Part shown: one piece after another, positions 12,346-26,003 of the stretch | Layout of the letters: each line of letters begins with the position of its first letter | Numbering within the stretch: the stretch's first letter is position 1 | DNA from: Cetorhinus maximus | Lineage: Eukaryota | Direction of reading: 5' to 3' | DNA length: 64,000 nucleotides | Assembly (NCBI RefSeq): GCF_964194155.1 | Contig: NC_135893.1 | Coordinates: 13,454,001 to 13,518,000, forward strand | Translations under genes and position numbers: made by a program | The notes under the pieces: model-generated | Seen by the model: the letters and a program-made list of their open reading frames with translations, nothing else | The model's database searches: none | What the model was told of the DNA's origin: nothing

Positions 12346-13599
12346 AATATCGCTCCCGAAGTGGCCCAGCATGTCATTCAAATGTCAGGGCAACTAGGGT
12401 TGGGTCATGCAGCTTGGCCAGAGTTGCCCAGATCTCAAGAATTTTTTTAATAGAATTATTTTTAAAACGCACTTTTCGAAATTATTGCCATTAAAAGTAG
12501 TTAAAGCAAAAGATTAGCAGTATCTCAACAGCTTTTAAAGGTGCATTGTCTTCAGTGTACAGGGTTGGAGTAGAGCAGGAATGTTGCTCGTCATTTCCTG
12601 ATGCACTACTGTCAGATGTAAGTGATTTACACAGTGATCCATTCTGTCACAAACTAATCAGCACATTGAATGTTTTGGCAAAAAAGGTTTGCCCAACTTG
12701 AATTGTCTTTCACTGACATGCTTAATTGATAAAACTTACCGGCCTGGCAGCTGAACTTGCCCAGTCTGTGTTTGTGTACTAGCAATATAACATGTTTGCA
12801 GTGCATCAACTTAAATAAATCTGCTGCAGTGGGTGAAATTGTGACTCTCAATGTCTTCAATTTTTAATGTAGAAGGGAGCCGAATGTTTTGCAAGTGGAT
12901 GAAGTTGACTCGGCTGAACAGAAGCTTCATCAAACAGGGTGCTGCAAAAAATATTCAGTGAGGTGTTTGCAATTTTTTCCTTCGTTTTGAGCTAAATCTC
13001 AAAATGCAATACAAACTGGCAGCCAATTTTAGTCTAACAAATATATACATATATGGTGTGCAATATAGAGAAAGGGTAATGACCTTATTTTGGGAAAGAG
13101 GAAATGGTGTTTCTGTAGTACTACTGACTGAAAGTTATCAGCACTCCCACTTATCATACCATTGTATGTGTTATGGACCAGATATAGCCAATCTCCTTTT
13201 TAGCTGTCAATGAGATTAACGTTTTAGTCATGAATAGGATAGTGATGAAAGCCAAATTTAAGAGCTGTCTCTTACTGCTGCATTCATTAAATTGACAGAC
13301 AGTAAAAAAGCATATGTCAGCTTCATTGCTTTTTTGTACATCAGATTTAGGGGGGAATAAAGAAGCTGCTCAGGAATTTCCTGAACAACCATCTCCTCAA
13401 TGAGCGCAGACTTCTGCTTTCACATACTCCACCAGAAAAATGACCTGTATAGTATGTGATGTGGCACATTAACCCTTGGAGGTATCTTTTGCACTAGGTC
13501 ACAAATCAGATGGACAGATTTTAGGGGCATTTGCAAGTCATGGTTGTTTTTTTTTATTTGCATGAGTGAAAGCAAGGCAGGAGCATTCTCTCAGTAGCT

Positions 13600-13900
13600 C
13601 ATTGGGCTTAGACAGTGAGTAGATGGATCATACAGATCATGAAAATTGCACATTGGGTTCCTGTCTGTCGGTAACCTGATCTCAGCAGGACTGGTGGTAG
13701 AATTATTGCCATTAACCTTGGTGCATTTGGTTAGAGAGGGGTTTCAGGCAGGATTCCAATTCCTGATCACTGTCCAACAAGCCTTGCTGTAAAGTGCTTG
13801 TGCATGAACGCCAATGAGGGCAGTACTGGGTTTGGCTATGTCATCACCATAGTAGAATAGCTTGTTATCGGTCACTCATGGCTCACACTTGAACAATGGC
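13600..13900 (+). mobile_element. Old tRNA-derived SINE
   Basis: catacaga..ctgatctcagc..tcctgatcactgtccaa..gctgtaaagtgc blocks shared with 54560-54840. Confidence 0.5.
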
Positions 13901-14106
13901 CAGTGGGGTGAGACTTCTGTGGAATCCTACTTCAGAAACAGGGCAGTGTCTTCAGGAGAGATGTGGAGTAAAAGAAAACTTGCATGGAAATTGGTGACAG
14001 CTGGTGGCACAGTTGGCCATGCACACATGGCACAATGGAATGGTGACGCACAGATGCCTACCGAGTTTAGAAGTTAGAAGTACACTTGAAGAGATTTTGG
14101 AGCATG

Positions 14107-14758
14107 GGAGAGAATTTTCTCCCCTTGGGGGGGGGTTGTGTGCGGGTGGGCACGTACCTGATCTGTGCCCCCGATCGGATCCGCACTAACATTTTACGTG
14201 GGCGGGCCAATTGAGGCGCTCCCTGTGTTGACGGGAGGGGTTCCGTGAGTCGGGAGTGCGCTCTTTCGCGCATGAGTGCGAAAGACCGCAGAAATCTCCC
14301 TGAAGCACATCTGTGCCTCAGGGAGATAAGTTTTAAGTTTTTAAAATTTTAATTAAAAAAATAATTTAAGACGTGTCCCCTCATGTGACAGTGTCACATG
14401 AGCTGCGACATGTCAATTAACTTAAATGAGAAAATGTATTTAATTTATAAATCCTTCGTGAAACCTCATCCCATGGATGAGGTTCCATGAAAAATGCGAA
14501 GGCCACCTGGGCTCTGCCTGCCCGCCAACCTTAAGGTTGGACGGGCAGCTTTCTCAATAGCTTTAATTAGTTAATTAATGGCCTTAACAGGCCTTTGACA
14601 GTTCGGAGGGCGCAAAGCCAACTTGGCTGCACGCCCGCTGAACTGAAAAACTAAATGACGCGTGGTGATGTCGGGACGCACACCCAAGGTCACCTCGTGT
14701 CATTTTACGTCTTGGTGAGCGGGTTCTGCCCTCGCTCGCCGAGCCAAAAATTCTCCCC
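14107..14758. mobile_element. Harbinger-type MITE (~650 bp) within a CR1 remnant
   Basis: TIRs ggagagaatttt / aaaattctcccc; internal palindromes shared with the other copies; TSD not matched. Confidence 0.85.
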
Positions 14759-16206
14759 CGGAATGCTTCACTACCGCTGTTTAGGCAGCAAGTATTATAG
14801 AATGTAAAAGGAAATTGGATAAATGTTTGAAAAGGAAAATAATGAATGGATACGAGAAAAGGAATAGAAACTTATATTAGAGTAGACTGCTCCATTTGAG
14901 GAGTTAGCACGGCACAAATAGGATATGCAGTATCTTTCTGCTCAGTAATTGTATTCTATGATCTCTCAAGGGCCAAAGGATGAAAATACTGTGGTATTTT
15001 GTGCTCTTGTGCTCTTTACAGTGATATTTGCACAGTGGACTAATTTATGAGTGTTCACTTCCTAAGCTCATATTTGATAAAGTGGTTGTTAAGGTGCTGG
15101 AGAGTTGCTGGTGCCCATGGAACCATACAACCAGCTTCAGGAGAAGCGGGGAGAAATGGAGGGTAAAATATACACCAATTGCAGGGATAACATTTGGTCA
15201 ATTTTGAATTAAGAAAGTTGTAGGCACAGCATCAAAGCTCTGGCTTTTTCTTGCTTAAAAAAGGGATTCACCTGAAACTTGGAGCAAATGTTGTTGCAGC
15301 AGAGTAATGTTATAAGGGATAGTGGAAACTATCAAAAGTGGCAAAAATGCAATTTTAGGAATGAAATAACTGGAGGCAGCTTTGAAATGTGGTGCAACTT
15401 GTTTATCATGAGTAAGATACAGATCTCATAGGGTTATAGCATTAGTGCAATGACACTATTTATAGTAGGCGTGATGTACAACCGTGGTTGTATGGTTATG
15501 TGGTTAAACTCTATGGGTGAAAAGGTCAATCGCTATGTTATCGGTTCAAGTACACTATAGTGTAAACCACAACAATTACCACATAGGGCTCCGATTTTTC
15601 AAATTTTTTGCCAACATAAAACCTGTTTTAGATGCCACAAGATGTGAAAGTGCTGTTATATGTGTTCCCAATGCCCTTTCCCCACCCCCAGAAAAATCCT
15701 TACTATTTATGATAAAGCTGAAAGAAATGTGTGTTGTGTTGCTATGTTAGACCTTGGAGAGATGATAGGAACAAATTGGGAGTGGGTAACTATTGACTGA
15801 CAGCATAGTGCACACACAATCTATATAGGGCAATATGGTTATACGTCATGGGAGATTCCACAACAAAGGATCATAATCTTAAAATTAGAGTTTGTTCATT
15901 CAAGAGTGAAATTAGGATGCACTCATACATACAAAGCAGAGCTAAGTCTAAAGGTAAGCATTTAATTTAATCAGCCTATACAATAATCTAGATCAATGAA
16001 TTAGTACAAAAACTAAAAGTATAATGTATCACAATTATGATCAGTATTTAATTAATCAGATCTAAGGGAATAAAGTTAAAATTAAACAAAGAAGGATTGG
16101 TAACGTTAAAGGATTGCAATTTTTTCAGTAAATTAACGTTTGTGACATATAAATAATAAGCATTAAGTAAAACATATAAGTTAACCTTCTTATAAAATGA
16201 GGAGGT

Positions 16207-16474
16207 CTTATAGCACAGTGGGTAATGTCACTGCCTCTAGGCCTGAAGCTCTGGGTTCAAGTCCCACACCAGGACTTGATGGCCAAGGAAGGTGTTCATA
16301 AACAGGTGGAATATCAACTTGCAAATCCTTCCAACACATGTCAATGCCAATGGCTGGCAGTAAGAGCGGGAGAGATTATGGAAAGAAAGTTGGAGCCTCT
16401 ACCATCAACATCCATAGGTTCAGACTACAACATATATGTAAAAGTGCACATTGCCAGGATAACTTGGCCTCCTT
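16207..16474 (+). mobile_element. tRNA-headed SINE, split by a MITE
   Basis: A-box tagcacagtgg and B-box ggttcaagtcc. Confidence 0.6.
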
Positions 16475-17009
16475 GGGCCAAATATTACGCTCGGCATGAG
16501 GTCGTGTGCCCATCGTTCCCGAGCGCACGATGACGTCGGGATAGCGTCCCAATGTCATCGCACAGTCTCACAATATTTCATTCGACGGGTGCATGGAGTT
16601 GGGATGAGGTTTCCTAAAGCAAATAAACGTCAAATAGAAATATTATTTTTGAATTAAAACATGTCCCAGCTCATGTGACAGAGTCACATGAGGGGACACG
16701 TTTTATGACAATTTTATTTCCTTTATTTATTTTTTTTAAACAGCGCTTTATCTCCCTGAGGCAGCTCCGTGTCTCAGGGAGATTGAAGCGCTCTTTTGCG
16801 TGCACATGCAAAGATAAAGCTAGGCCCGCCCACCTGCCCTCTTCACCCTGCCCGCACAGGCAGCGCTGAGTGCTGCCGCTCGCGTTCCACGCTGGGCGAG
16901 CCTTAATTGGCCCATCAGCATGAAATCGCAGTGCGGAGCTGATAGCGGGTGATGGGCAGTTTCCTATCTGGCCCCGCTGAGTACCCGTGCCAAGGGCAAA
17001 ATCCTGCCC
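16475..17009. mobile_element. Harbinger-type MITE (internally deleted)
   Basis: Ends gggccaaatatt / aaaatcctgccc, TSD CTT, central ctcatgtgacagagtcacatgag palindrome. Confidence 0.85.
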
Positions 17010-17129
17010 CTTGAGTGATCTATAACACCACCACCTATAAAATAATGTGGCATGAGCACAAGGGAAGGAGATTACTGGTGCCTAGCTGGTTATTGTTTAT
17101 TCCTTTTAATTTGCTTAACAGTCTAATAA

Positions 17130-19950
17130 ATGGAATGCACATCATGTGAGAACTCCTACTCAAGTCGTGGCCAACCACATGTGCAAGAAGTGTTTATCAG
17201 TTGGAGGAGCTCAAGCACTGGGTTTTGGAGCTTGAGTAGCAGCTGGTGTCATTGCGGTGCATCCATAAGGCTGAGAGTTACATGGATAGCAAGTTTCTAG
17301 AGGTGGTCACCATGAAGCTTAAGAGTGATCAAGAAGAGAGGGAATGGATGACTGCCAGGCAGTCAAGGAAGACCCAGGCAGGTGGTGCAGGAGACCCATC
17401 AGCCAGAGCTGATTCTTGGGTAGGTGGGACCTATGCCAACCAGACAGGTTGCACCTCTGTAGAGCCATGACCAATACCCTGACAGGCTGGTTTGCTAATG
17501 CTGTTGGGAAGGGTTTAAGCTGACTTGGCAGAAGAGTGGGAAGCAGAATATAGCTTAAGAAAGGAGAAACAAGGTGCACAATGGATTGGGAGAGGCAGAT
17601 AGCACTAGAGTAAGAAATAGTAAGTTATAAGGTGGGATCAGACTAACAGGAAATGCAATGAAGTCTAAATTAGGTTTACAGTGCATATACGTAAATGCAT
17701 GAAGAATTGTAAATAAGGTATGCTAGCTGCATGTGCAGTTAGTCACATGGAAATATGATGTTGTGGCAATAACAAGAGACCTGGCTCAAAAAATGGCAGA
17801 ACTAGGTACTAAATATTCCTGGATACAAGTATTCAGGAAAGACGGAGAAAGAAAGGAAGGTGAAGAATCTAGTGGATTAAATGTCAGTGGGGGAGCATTT
17901 AGGAAACAGTGATCATAAGGTATAGGTTAGTTATGGAAAAGAACAAGCAGTAATCTAGAGTAAAAATATTTAATTGGAGGAGGGCCAATTTCAGTGGGGT
18001 GAGAAAGGATCTGTGCTAGATAAATTGGAATCAAAGATTGACGGGCAAAACAGTAGGATGTTCTATTCTGGAACGCCAGTTGGTGAAGGATAGTACTGGA
18101 GCCAATCTTTACTCATTTATTTACAGAGTGAAGCACATATCTTCTCACTCAACCACACACCGTTTCAGTAAGTGTCTCCTTATATGTGCTCAAGTGAAAC
18201 CTCAATTAATGCCCTTCAACTGGATATAATTAAACACAATTGATAAAAAATTAACAGGCGGAGCAATGGGCTGCCTTTGAGTGACAGGAAACAGAGACTG
18301 GTGGTGAAAAGTTGTTTTTCAGACTGCAGAAAAACATGTAGTCAGGTTCCCAGGGGTTGATACTAGGATCATTGTTTTTCATGATATATATTAATGACCT
18401 AGTCTTAGCTGTAAAGGGCACAATTTCAAAATTTGAAGATGACACAAAACTCGGAAGTATTGTGAACTTGGAGGAGGGTAATGATAGATCTCAAGAGAAC
18501 AGAGACAAGATAGAATAGGTGAACATGCAGCAGATTAACTTTAATGCAGAGAGTGTGAAGTGATACATTTTGGTGAGAAGAGGCAGAGGCAATATAAACC
18601 AAAGGGTACAATTCTAAAGAGGGTGTAAAAACAGAGAGTCCTGGGGCAAAATTTTTACCTCAGTGGGTGGGCGCCTGACCCGCTGGAGCGTAAAATGACG
18701 CACGTTGACCTCGGGAAGCGTTCTGACGTCAACATGCAGTCATGCGATATTTTGGTTGGTGGGCACATGCGGGAAGTGGCAGTGCACCCGCCAACAATTA
18801 AAAGGCCTGTTAAGGCCATTAAAGTTGTAATTAACTTACATTATTTGCTGCCCATCCAACCTTACAGTTGGTAGGCAGGCAAAAAGGCCAAGCGGCCTTT
18901 GTACTTTTTAGGAAACCGTTTCCAAAAGCAAATAAAAATAAAATAAAAATGTTTAAATTTAATTAATAACATGTCCCTGCTCATGTGACAGAGTCACATG
19001 AGGAGACATGTTTTATAACATTTTATGTGCCTTTATTTATTTTTCTGAAAACTCATCATCTCTCTGAGGGAGCTCTGTGTCTCAAGGAGATTCTCAAACA
19101 CGCACTCACGCACCTGCGTGAAGTTTGCACTCGCACTCTCCCACTCGTCTGCACAGGCAGCATTGAGCATTGCCACTCGCATTTCATGCCAGGCAGGCCT
19201 TAATTGACCCACCAGCGTGAAATTGCGGTGCAGCCTTGATTGAGGGTGGCAGTTGGCCTCCCGGCCGCCCCTGCCAAGCCCGCCCGACAAGGGCTAAATT
19301 CTATCCCTGGAGTGCATATGGACAAATTTTTGAAGGTAACAAGACACAGGATCCTAGGCTTTACAAATAGAAACATAGAGTACAAAAGCAAGGAAGTTAT
19401 GATGAACCTTCATAAATCAGTGGTTTGGCCTCAACTGGAGTATTGTGTCCAATGTCCTTAAGGAGGATGTGAAGGCTTTAGAGAGGGTGCAGAAAAGATT
19501 TATGAGTATGATTCCAGGGATGAGGGACTTAAATTACATGGATAAATTAGAGAAGTTGGGGTTGTTCTCCTTAGAAATGAGAAGGGTGAAAGGAGTTTTG
19601 ATGGAGGTGTTCAATATTATTTGGGGTTTAGACAGAGCGGATAGAGAAAAACTGTTCGTACTGGTGAAAGGGTTGAGAACCAGAGGACACTGTTTCAAGG
19701 TGAATGCTAAAAGAGTTAACATGCGACATGAGGAAAAGCCTTTTAACGTACTCAGAGTCTCGTAGAGGCAGATTCAATCGTGGCTTTCAAAAAGGAATTG
19801 AATAAACACTGAAGAGGAAAAATTGCAAGGCTACAGGAAAAGGGCAGGGAATGAGATGAGCTGAATTGCTCTTTCAGAGAGCTGGCCTGGATACAACAGG
19901 CTGAATGGCCTCCTTCTGTGCTGCAACCATTCCATGATTCTATAGGATAG
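17130..19950 (+). mobile_element. Highly decayed near-full-length CR1 (ORF1 remnant, APE endonuclease, RT, 3' UTR)
   Basis: ORF1-like tgcaagaagtgt..gagcttgagtagcagctg; endonuclease remnant gtaaatgcatgaagaatt..tatgatgttgtggcaataaca; RT remnant aaatttgaagatgacacaaaactc; ORF 19445-19765 ALERVQKRF. Confidence 0.8.
18644..19306. mobile_element. Harbinger-type MITE nested in CR1 ORF2
   Basis: TIRs gggcaaaatttt / taaattctatcc and TSD CTG (18641-43 and 19307-09); removing it restores the CR1 QRxLGV codons. Confidence 0.9.
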
Positions 19951-20379
19951 TGAAAATTTAAACCTCTCCCCCGACAAAACTGTGGATGTTGGGACAACTG
20001 AAATTTTGAAGACTGAGAGTCATAGGTTTTTATTAGGTAAGTGTACCATGAATATGGAGCAAAGGCAGGTCTAGGAATGAATCAGCCTTGAACTATCTCA
20101 AAACCAAGCTCGTGGCAAAGTCTAAGTTGAGCTTGAGGATATGAAAGATGCTATATAAATGCATGTTTGTTCTTTAATCCACACAACTGCTTCACATGTT
20201 TTTCTGCCCAAAAGATTTCAGTACACAAGCATTCTGTGATTCTATGTAGTGGTCCTCATTGATTAGTTAGTGTGCCGCTTTGCAAACTATCGTTCTGAGG
20301 ACCTTCTGCTCTATTGATATCTGAAATCAGTTTTAGGAACTTTAAAAACATTATTTTTCTCAGCTTCCCTCCTGAAGAT

Positions 20380-20720
20380 GATGGCTCTTTGCTTGGGTAT
20401 TGGACTACAAGCAATGATTGTCCTCCAGTATAATCCAAGTGGCCATTATTTACTTGTGAACCATGAGAAAAAGTGTCAGCAGACTATTTAACCATGGGGT
20501 GGGAAGCAAGCTGGGGCTTTTTCTTGTCCCCAGATGATATGCACACTCACACCAGAGCTGCTGGATAGCTGTGAAGTGTGGGAACCCTGGCCATCCAAGG
20601 GGGTGGCTGAAATCAATGTAGTTACAGTACTTCTCTTACTGCTACCCTGGACAGCTAACTCAGCAAAGACAGGGGATCAAAGCCAGAACTGTATGCTCAA
20701 AGGACGTCTCTGTCACCAAG
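20380..20720 (-). mobile_element. Old tRNA-derived SINE
   Basis: cagctaactcagcaaagacaggggatcaaagccag is the reverse complement of this family's head. Confidence 0.5.
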
Positions 20721-23700
20721 CCATTAAAAGACCTCAGTAACATCAACTTCCAAAATACCACTTAAAATTGCTGAGAGAAACAAAAGTTTTGTTAAAACTG
20801 AGGGTGAAAGTGATGGACAAAGAAAAACACAATTTTACAAAGATAGATTCAGTATTAAAATAGTTGAACTCTTAACCTCAGTATGCAGTTCCTGTCTATG
20901 TATTCACTGGTGAAACTTGAGCATTTCATGTGTGTATGAGATTATTTGTGCGAAACCACCCATATTGCAACATAACACATTGAGGTAGCATAAACAGTGT
21001 GAATTTTCAATCTAAGTACTAGGCTGCAATGTTTAATGAATTGATCTTATGTGAAAATCATACAGTCAGGGGAAGAGAGGTAGTTTCAATGATCAGGAGA
21101 TGATAATTTCCTAATGCTTATCCTTAATCTAAACTCCTACCCATTATATTTTTGTATGATTATAAAGCATTAGACACATAAGTAGAATACTCCTTAAGGT
21201 GTTAGTAATTCACATTCTCTCTCAATTGTTCTTCAAAAGAACAACCAGAGGGTGGAAATAAGTTCCTTTTTGTATTTAATAGTGCCATTCGTGTTCCTGT
21301 TTTTGTGTGTTGTGCTGTTTGGGGGGAAATCCTGTTCCATCATTGTTAGTCAAGGCCGCAAACTGATATTTTACTTCACACCTTCTTTGACCTGGGAATA
21401 GTCTTGCAGCTGCTTGATTCATTTAAGTTAGAGGGCCGAGAAGGAGACTTTTCTATTGTATTGGCCCCTGCCATCTTGCCATGCCTTTGTCAGTATCTTC
21501 CTGTGTCAAAATATTTAAGCTGAGTTTTGCAGAACGTGCACATTACAAGAATGTATTTCTATAACTGACGTTCTCCATTCTGACCGGAATGTGTGAAGTT
21601 ACAGTCAGGTTAGCAGGGGAACGTGACCTTTTGGTATATAATTGTACCACAAGCCTCCTACAGACCACCAGTGCTACTTCCTTTCTCTGTTATTTAATAC
21701 AAGAAAAAGAACAACAATTGATCCTATTTACTTTGGTTTCAGTTAACAAAGCTGTTTTGGCTTGTTATGATCAATCTGGATTAATAGTGGCTGGCCAAGA
21801 ATGGTTTATGAAGGTTAACTGTGAAATTCACTTATTTCTACGTGCACTGCTCATTTATAAACCAATGCTAAACCGATAAAGGGAGCATGCATCTTAGTTT
21901 TTCACCCATGACCACCAACTCTTCTTCCTTGTATCATATGTACATGGCAGAGGCTGTATCTTGCAACATACTGACAAAGAAAATAATAATGTTTGCAACA
22001 CTCAGCTTTCTGTAATGCTTTTCTTCTTTTGCACAAGGATTCTTCATAAGCTCCATGTCTTTAAAAGAATTCTCAGGTTCCCTAAAAATATCAACTAACC
22101 TCAGCGGAGAAATCACAATCAACAAGTAAAGTAAAAATAAAACCTCAACCACAGGTCAACACTTACAGTGATGCACTGAACAGATTAACCCAATGTTTTA
22201 AAAACAGACAGAAATCAGCCAAATATCTAACTCTGGCCACAGCAATTAGAATCTAATTGAACGACCTCATACAAAAAAATTACCTGGGTGGAGTGGTACA
22301 AGCCTTTACACTTTGTATTCAATTATTTAAATGCATATAAAACTTTCGTGCTTTATAATGCAATCTAAATCCCTCTATAGTGTTACTACCTTCTAACACA
22401 TCCATACTACTATTTGCCGACCTTGATCAGCTGCTTAGAAATAAAATTCTGTTCTGTCATGACATGTAGACAATGTATGTGAGTGGTAGCTATCAATGGA
22501 CTTCTTATCTTGAAGAAGAGTCAAAACAGAATTGTGATGCAGCCTGGCCAAAATGAGGAATTCAGAAATTCAAGATGAAACCAAGTAAGTATCATAGGGA
22601 ATGAACACTAAAGACAATCATGCAAACACATTGCCCTACATACTTTGCCTTCTTCCTGCATTGCTTCATGATTTAAATCAAGATCCACTGCACTATCTGC
22701 TACACTAATTCTTTTTCCAGGACCACCAACTTGTGGAACCCTTTAATCCTCCCTTCCTCCTACAATCAAGCCCAAGTGTACTGTTACCTAATTACTACAT
22801 TGTGATTTGCTTTATTTTCATTCTTATTCTTTTTCCAACCTTGTTGATGTGTTGCACAGTGCATCTTAGCCTTTCATCTAGATTTCTCATTAACTATATT
22901 AACAGGTTCAGCTTAGCATTTTACAGCACGTGATAATCTCCATTTTGATGTCAATCCTAATAAATTCAAAGAGGTCAACCTTGTGACTTACTAAAAAAAA
23001 TAGCCAGATCCATTGATAGTGTTTCCACTTCAAAAGAAGAAGCTAGAAGGTTAGGGGTTGCATTACATCTCCAACATTAACACAGAGCACCGGCCCACCT
23101 AAGTCAGCATCTGTGATACAAAGGCTCTATATCATTTGCAGGGCACTATCATCAGACTGGTTGAGTACTGTTGGCAGGCTCTATACATCAACCCGTGCAG
23201 TGAAAGCCACTTCAAAGACTGCCAAGAGAAAATAAAATGAGCACTACAATCTGGTACAGTTACAGATCTTACCTTAATTGTGTTTGCACCAGCTGTACAT
23301 TTTATAAACCATAAACAGTTCAGGTGTCACAATCATATGACTGACGTTGTTCAATGTTTTACAAGTCAGTTTACTCAAATAAGAATGCTCCTTTAACAGG
23401 AGTTGCCTGTGCTCTTCAAGTGGATAAATGCGCCAGCTGGTGCAGTACTACACATTACATACCAAAAGATGTGAGGTTTTCCCATATCCGTGCAATTATT
23501 TTTTCTCTTTCAATTATTTTTTTATTTATCCATTCCTGGGCTGTGCTGAGTTACTTTATTTCAGCCAGGACTGCAGTAAGAGAATTGCTATTGGCCTCAG
23601 TGCCCCAGGGAAGGAGAAGGCAAAACTGCCCGGGTTGCCTGTTCCTACTTGCTACCTAGCAGCCCTTTGCTATAAAGTGCATGTGAGCACACTCGACTGT

Positions 23701-24411
23701 GATGCCTGCCATGCATGATCATTCTGCTGACACCTAAGATAGATGATTTAAAGGCACAAACAGAAGTAAATGGGTATGATCTAATTGCCATTACAGAAAC
23801 ATGGTTACAGGGTGACCAATACTGGGAGCAGAATATTCAAGGATATTCAACATTTAGGAAGGACAGGCAAAAAGGAAAAGGAGGTGGTGTTGCATTGATG
23901 ATAAGGGATGGGATCAGTACATTAGTAAGGGAGGATCTCAGATCAGAAGAACAAAATGTGAAATCTATTTGGGTGGAGCTAAGAAACAGCAAAGGGCAGC
24001 AAATATTGGTAGGAGTTGTTTATAGGCCACCAAACAGTAGTGGTAGTGCGGGGCATGGTATTACTCAGGAGATTAGGGAAGCATGTAGCATGGGTAATAG
24101 AGTAATCATGGGTGACTTCAATCTGCATATAGGCTGGGTAAATCTAATGAGCACATGCTGTGGAGGACAAGTTTCTGGAGTGTGTTAGGGATGTTTTTCT
24201 AGAGCAGTATGTTGAGAAACTAGAGAACGGGCTATTTTAGATCTAGTTTTATGTAATGAAAAAGGGTTAATTAATAATGTTGTTGTAAAAGAACTTTTAG
24301 GGATGAGTGAGCATAATATGATAGAATTTGACATTTTGTTTGAAAGTGAGGTAGTTCAATCTGAAGCCAGGGAGTTAAATTTGAACAAAGGAAATTATGA
24401 AGGTATGAGGG

Positions 24412-24557
24412 GCAGCACTGTGAATGTACCTACACCACATGGACTGCAGCGGTTCAAGAAAGCAGCTCACCACCACCTTCTTAAGGGCAATTAGGGATGG
24501 GCACTAAATACTGGCCTAGCCAACAACGCCCACATCCCATGAATGAATAATAAAAAA
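24412..24557 (+). mobile_element. 3' tail of a second CR1/L2-clade LINE family nested in CR1
   Basis: ggactgcagcggttcaagaaagcagctcaccaccaccttcttaagggcaattagggatggg..cccacatcccatgaatgaat. Confidence 0.8.
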
Positions 24558-25439
24558 GAAATTGGCTGAGGTGGATTGGGAAAAACATTAAAAGGTATGA
24601 CGGTACATAGGCAATGGATAGTCTTTAAAGAATTATTACATAGCTTGCAGCAATTATACATTCCTTCAAGGCACAAAAACCCAAATAGAAAGTCAGTTAA
24701 CTGTGGCTAACAAAGGAAGTTAAAGATTGTATACGATTACAAGAAAAGGCCTCTAAAGTTACCAAAAATAGTAGTAATCCTGAGGATTGGGAACATTTTA
24801 GAACATGCAAAGGAGGACCAAGAAACTAATAAAGAAAGGGAAAATAAAATATGAATATAAACTAGCAAAAGATATAAAAACAGACTGTAAAGGATTCTAT
24901 AGGTATGTAAAAAGGAAATGTTTAGCTAAGACAAATGTGGGTCCATTACAAGTCAGGAGAATTTATAATGGGGAATAGAAAAATGGCAGTGAAGCTAAAT
25001 GATTACTTTGTGTCTGTCTTCACCGAGGAAGATACAAGAAATCTCCCAGAATTAGAGATCCAAGGGACTAGGGAGAATGTGGAAGTGAAGGAGATTAGTA
25101 TTAGTAAGAAGGTTTTACTGGAAAAATTAATGGGACTGAAGGTTGATAAATCCTCCGGACCTGATATTCTAGATCCCAGAGTGTTAAAAGAGGTAGCTAT
25201 GGAGATAGTTGATGCATTGATAATCATCTGCCAAAATTCTATAGATTCTGGAATGGTTCCTGCAGATTGGAAGGTAGCAAATAGCACCCCACAATTTAAG
25301 AAGGGAAGGAGAGAGAAAATGGGGAACTACAGACCTGTGAGCCTTACATCAGGAGCAGGGAAATTGCTGGAATCCGTTATAAAGGGTATGATAAAATAGA
25401 CACTTAGATAATGATCTGACTGGGGATAGTCAACATGGC

Positions 25440-26003
25440 AAGTAACTCACCTCCTGACTCCCCAAAGCCTGTCCACCATTTGTAAGTCAGGAGTGTGATA
25501 GAATGCTCTCTTGCCTGGATGAGTGCAGCTCCAACAACACTCAAGAAGCTCAACACCATCCAGGACAAAGCAGCCCAATTGACTGGCACCCCTGCCACAA
25601 ACACTCATTCTCTCCACCGACGAACAGTGGCAGCAGTGTGTACCATCTACAAGATGCACCGTAGCAATTCACTAAGACGCCTTAGGCAGCACCTTCCAAA
25701 CCCACAATCACTACCATCTAGAAGGGCAAGGGCAGCAGACACATGGAAACACCACCACCTGGAAGTTCCCCTCCAAGCCACTCGCCATCCTGACTTGGAA
25801 CTATATCCCCATTCCTTCATTGTTACTGGGTCAAAATCCTGGAACTCCCTCCTTAACAGGACTGTAGATCTGACTACACCTCAGGGACTGCAGCGGTTCA
25901 AGAAGGTAGCTCACCACCACCTTCTCAAGGGCAATTAGGGATGGCCTAGCCAGCAATGCTAGCCTAGCCAGCAATGTCCACATCCCATAAATGAATTTAA
26001 AAA
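25440..26003 (+). mobile_element. 3' fragment of the second CR1/L2-clade LINE family nested in CR1
   Basis: ORF 25495-25938 AWMSAAPTTLKKLNTIQDKAA..HSLHRRTVAA..LQRFKKVAHHHLLKGN, with the same tail as 24412 and 39000. Confidence 0.85.

Noticed and set aside
16207-16275. tRNA gene
   Set aside because: A and B boxes are present but there is no convincing cloverleaf, and it continues into a SINE body.
20520-20600. Candidate for the short upstream PRDM16 exon (pyrimidine tract plus cag)
   Set aside because: It lies inside an antisense SINE and the translation does not resemble PRDM16; no such exon was found in the window.
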